The position numbers and the translations under genes were made by a program. This document shows positions 13,330 through 14,400 of a stretch of 14,400 nucleotides of DNA, piece by piece (position 1 is the stretch's first letter; every line of letters begins with the position of its first letter). The stretch covers positions 3,979 through 18,378 of the forward strand of contig CAJUCU010000011.1 in NCBI GenBank assembly GCA_910585335.1. Direction: 5' to 3'. A model generated the notes under the pieces. That model ran no database searches. It had not been told where the DNA came from and worked only from the letters and a program-made list of their open reading frames with translations. Source of the DNA: an uncultured Bacilli bacterium. GTDB taxonomy: Bacteria > Bacillota_I > Bacilli_A > RF39 > UBA660.

Positions 13330-14400
13330 ATGTGTATATACTATTTGTCATTTTGCTTACTGCAGCGTAGATATAAGAGATTCTATACCAAGTTTGTTTG
13401 TTGACTGTTCCTGTTTGTGATAAATAAAATACACTTTGAAACTTTAAAACAGCACGTTTGGTATCACCATCAAATAGACCAGAAGGGTTGTTGATTATGG
13501 GAATGCCTGGATAGCTTCCTCTAATATAGTTTAGAACATTTTGCAGAACATAAACATCTTTACTACAGTCTCCTTCTTTCAATGTCTTTGTAAATGAATA
13601 AGGATATTCTCCAATTGTTTCTGCTTCGTAAATATTGATGTTATTACCATAGTAATACTTTAAAATTTGCAATGCTTCATAACCTCTGTCTCCTAATTCT
13701 TTTGAACCCCATTGACTTAGGTAACCAGGATCTGTCGTATTACTTTTGTAATGAGCGAGTAGGGGTTGTGGTCTAAAGCCACTTCTGATATAGTTTGTAA
13801 ATATTTCATCAACCATATCTGAAATTGGCTGAAATATTGTTCCGTTTCTAGTATATTTCTGATCATAACTAGTTGTTGATGTAATGGTAAAATCAAATCC
13901 TTTACTTGGATACCATTCTGTAAATATTCTATTTAGTGTAAAAGAAATAATTGCTAAGATGTTTGCTTTGATGGTCTCTTCTGGCCAGGTACTGTATATT
14001 TCGCTACTTGCTACATTCTTGATGTAATCTACGAATGGGACTGTGTAGTTTGCCGCATTCGCATTCGTAGGAATACCATCATGGACGATAATGTTTTCTG
14101 GTATTACTACTTTTGATAAAACATATGGTGTAGCTTGTTGTTCTGTTTCTGTTTCTTCTATACTAGGTGGGTAGTCTCCCCATAAAGTATTGGGTGGAAT
14201 TACTGCTATATCTTCTTCCTCATTTTCATCAAGAGAAGTCATGTAGATATTTTGAATGGATGTAATGCCATCAAAGATTTGTACTCCTTCTATTCTGGTC
14301 TCTGTAAGACCTAGTGCATTTATTAGTACATCATAAGTTTCATAAGGTCGTGTTTCGTGCTGATTGTTTTCTGAAAAACTTTTGTCTACAGTATCCAATG
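13328..14400 (-). CDS. SpoIID/LytB-like domain protein with C-terminal peptidoglycan-binding domain (N-terminus probably outside the window)
   Basis: YIKNVASSEIYSTWPEETIKANILAIISFTLNR resembles the SpoIID/LytB core (Y..gV...E....wp.EalKAqa.aaRtyal). The C-terminal GDCSKDVYVLQNVLNYI...LFDGDTKRAVLKFQSVFYLSQTGTVNKQTWYRI fits a PG_binding_1-type repeat. The track's 'M' at 14398 is a TTG codon at the window edge, so the ORF is probably truncated. Confidence 0.6.
   Translation of the reverse strand, partial: LDTVDKSFSENNQHETRPYETYDVLINALGLTETRIEGVQIFDGITSIQNIYMTSLDENEEEDIAVIPPNTLWGDYPPSIEETETEQQATPYVLSKVVIPENIIVHDGIPTNANAANYTVPFVDYIKNVASSEIYSTWPEETIKANILAIISFTLNRIFTEWYPSKGFDFTITSTTSYDQKYTRNGTIFQPISDMVDEIFTNYIRSGFRPQPLLAHYKSNTTDPGYLSQWGSKELGDRGYEALQILKYYYGNNINIYEAETIGEYPYSFTKTLKEGDCSKDVYVLQNVLNYIRGSYPGIPIINNPSGLFDGDTKRAVLKFQSVFYLSQTGTVNKQTWYRISYIYAAVSKMTNSIYT

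Noticed and set aside
1-14400. CRISPR arrays, IS elements, transposases, integrases, rRNA
   Set aside because: No regularly spaced direct repeats, terminal inverted repeats, recombinase-like ORFs or rRNA-like conserved segments were seen on either strand.

Overview
This is AT-rich, low-GC Firmicutes-type DNA. Desulfoferrodoxin and a SpoIID-like gene suggest an anaerobic, Clostridia-like host. All family calls come from reading motifs by eye; no searches were run. Left third (1-6315): a same-strand run holding a DUF5131/Gp37-Gp68 fragment, a GNAT acetyltransferase, two Cys-rich/zinc-ribbon proteins, a SplB-like radical SAM enzyme and a 1057-aa SWIM+SNF2 helicase. A stand-alone tRNA-Thr(CGU) at 6476-6551 opens an apparently accessory stretch (about 6.55-11.4 kb). 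The main item there is a retron-like module. It has an extended -10 promoter, a roughly 180-nt structured leader (candidate msr/msd) and a 315-aa retron-type reverse transcriptase (7880-8827). Downstream follow a 79-aa ORF overlapping a 364-aa two-domain ORF, a frameshifted ORF, and a convergent small P-loop NTPase. The 364-aa ORF has a transglutaminase/papain-like Cys-His N-domain and an uncharacterised C-domain, and does not look like any retron effector class I can recall. Between the tRNA and the retron lies a gene with an intact promoter, SD and ATG but an in-frame TAA at codon 17; its N-terminal motif resembles the effector C-domain. Right third (11.4-14.4 kb): ordinary-looking genes, namely a tocopherol-cyclase-family protein, a small helical protein, desulfoferrodoxin, and a SpoIID-like protein with a peptidoglycan-binding domain.
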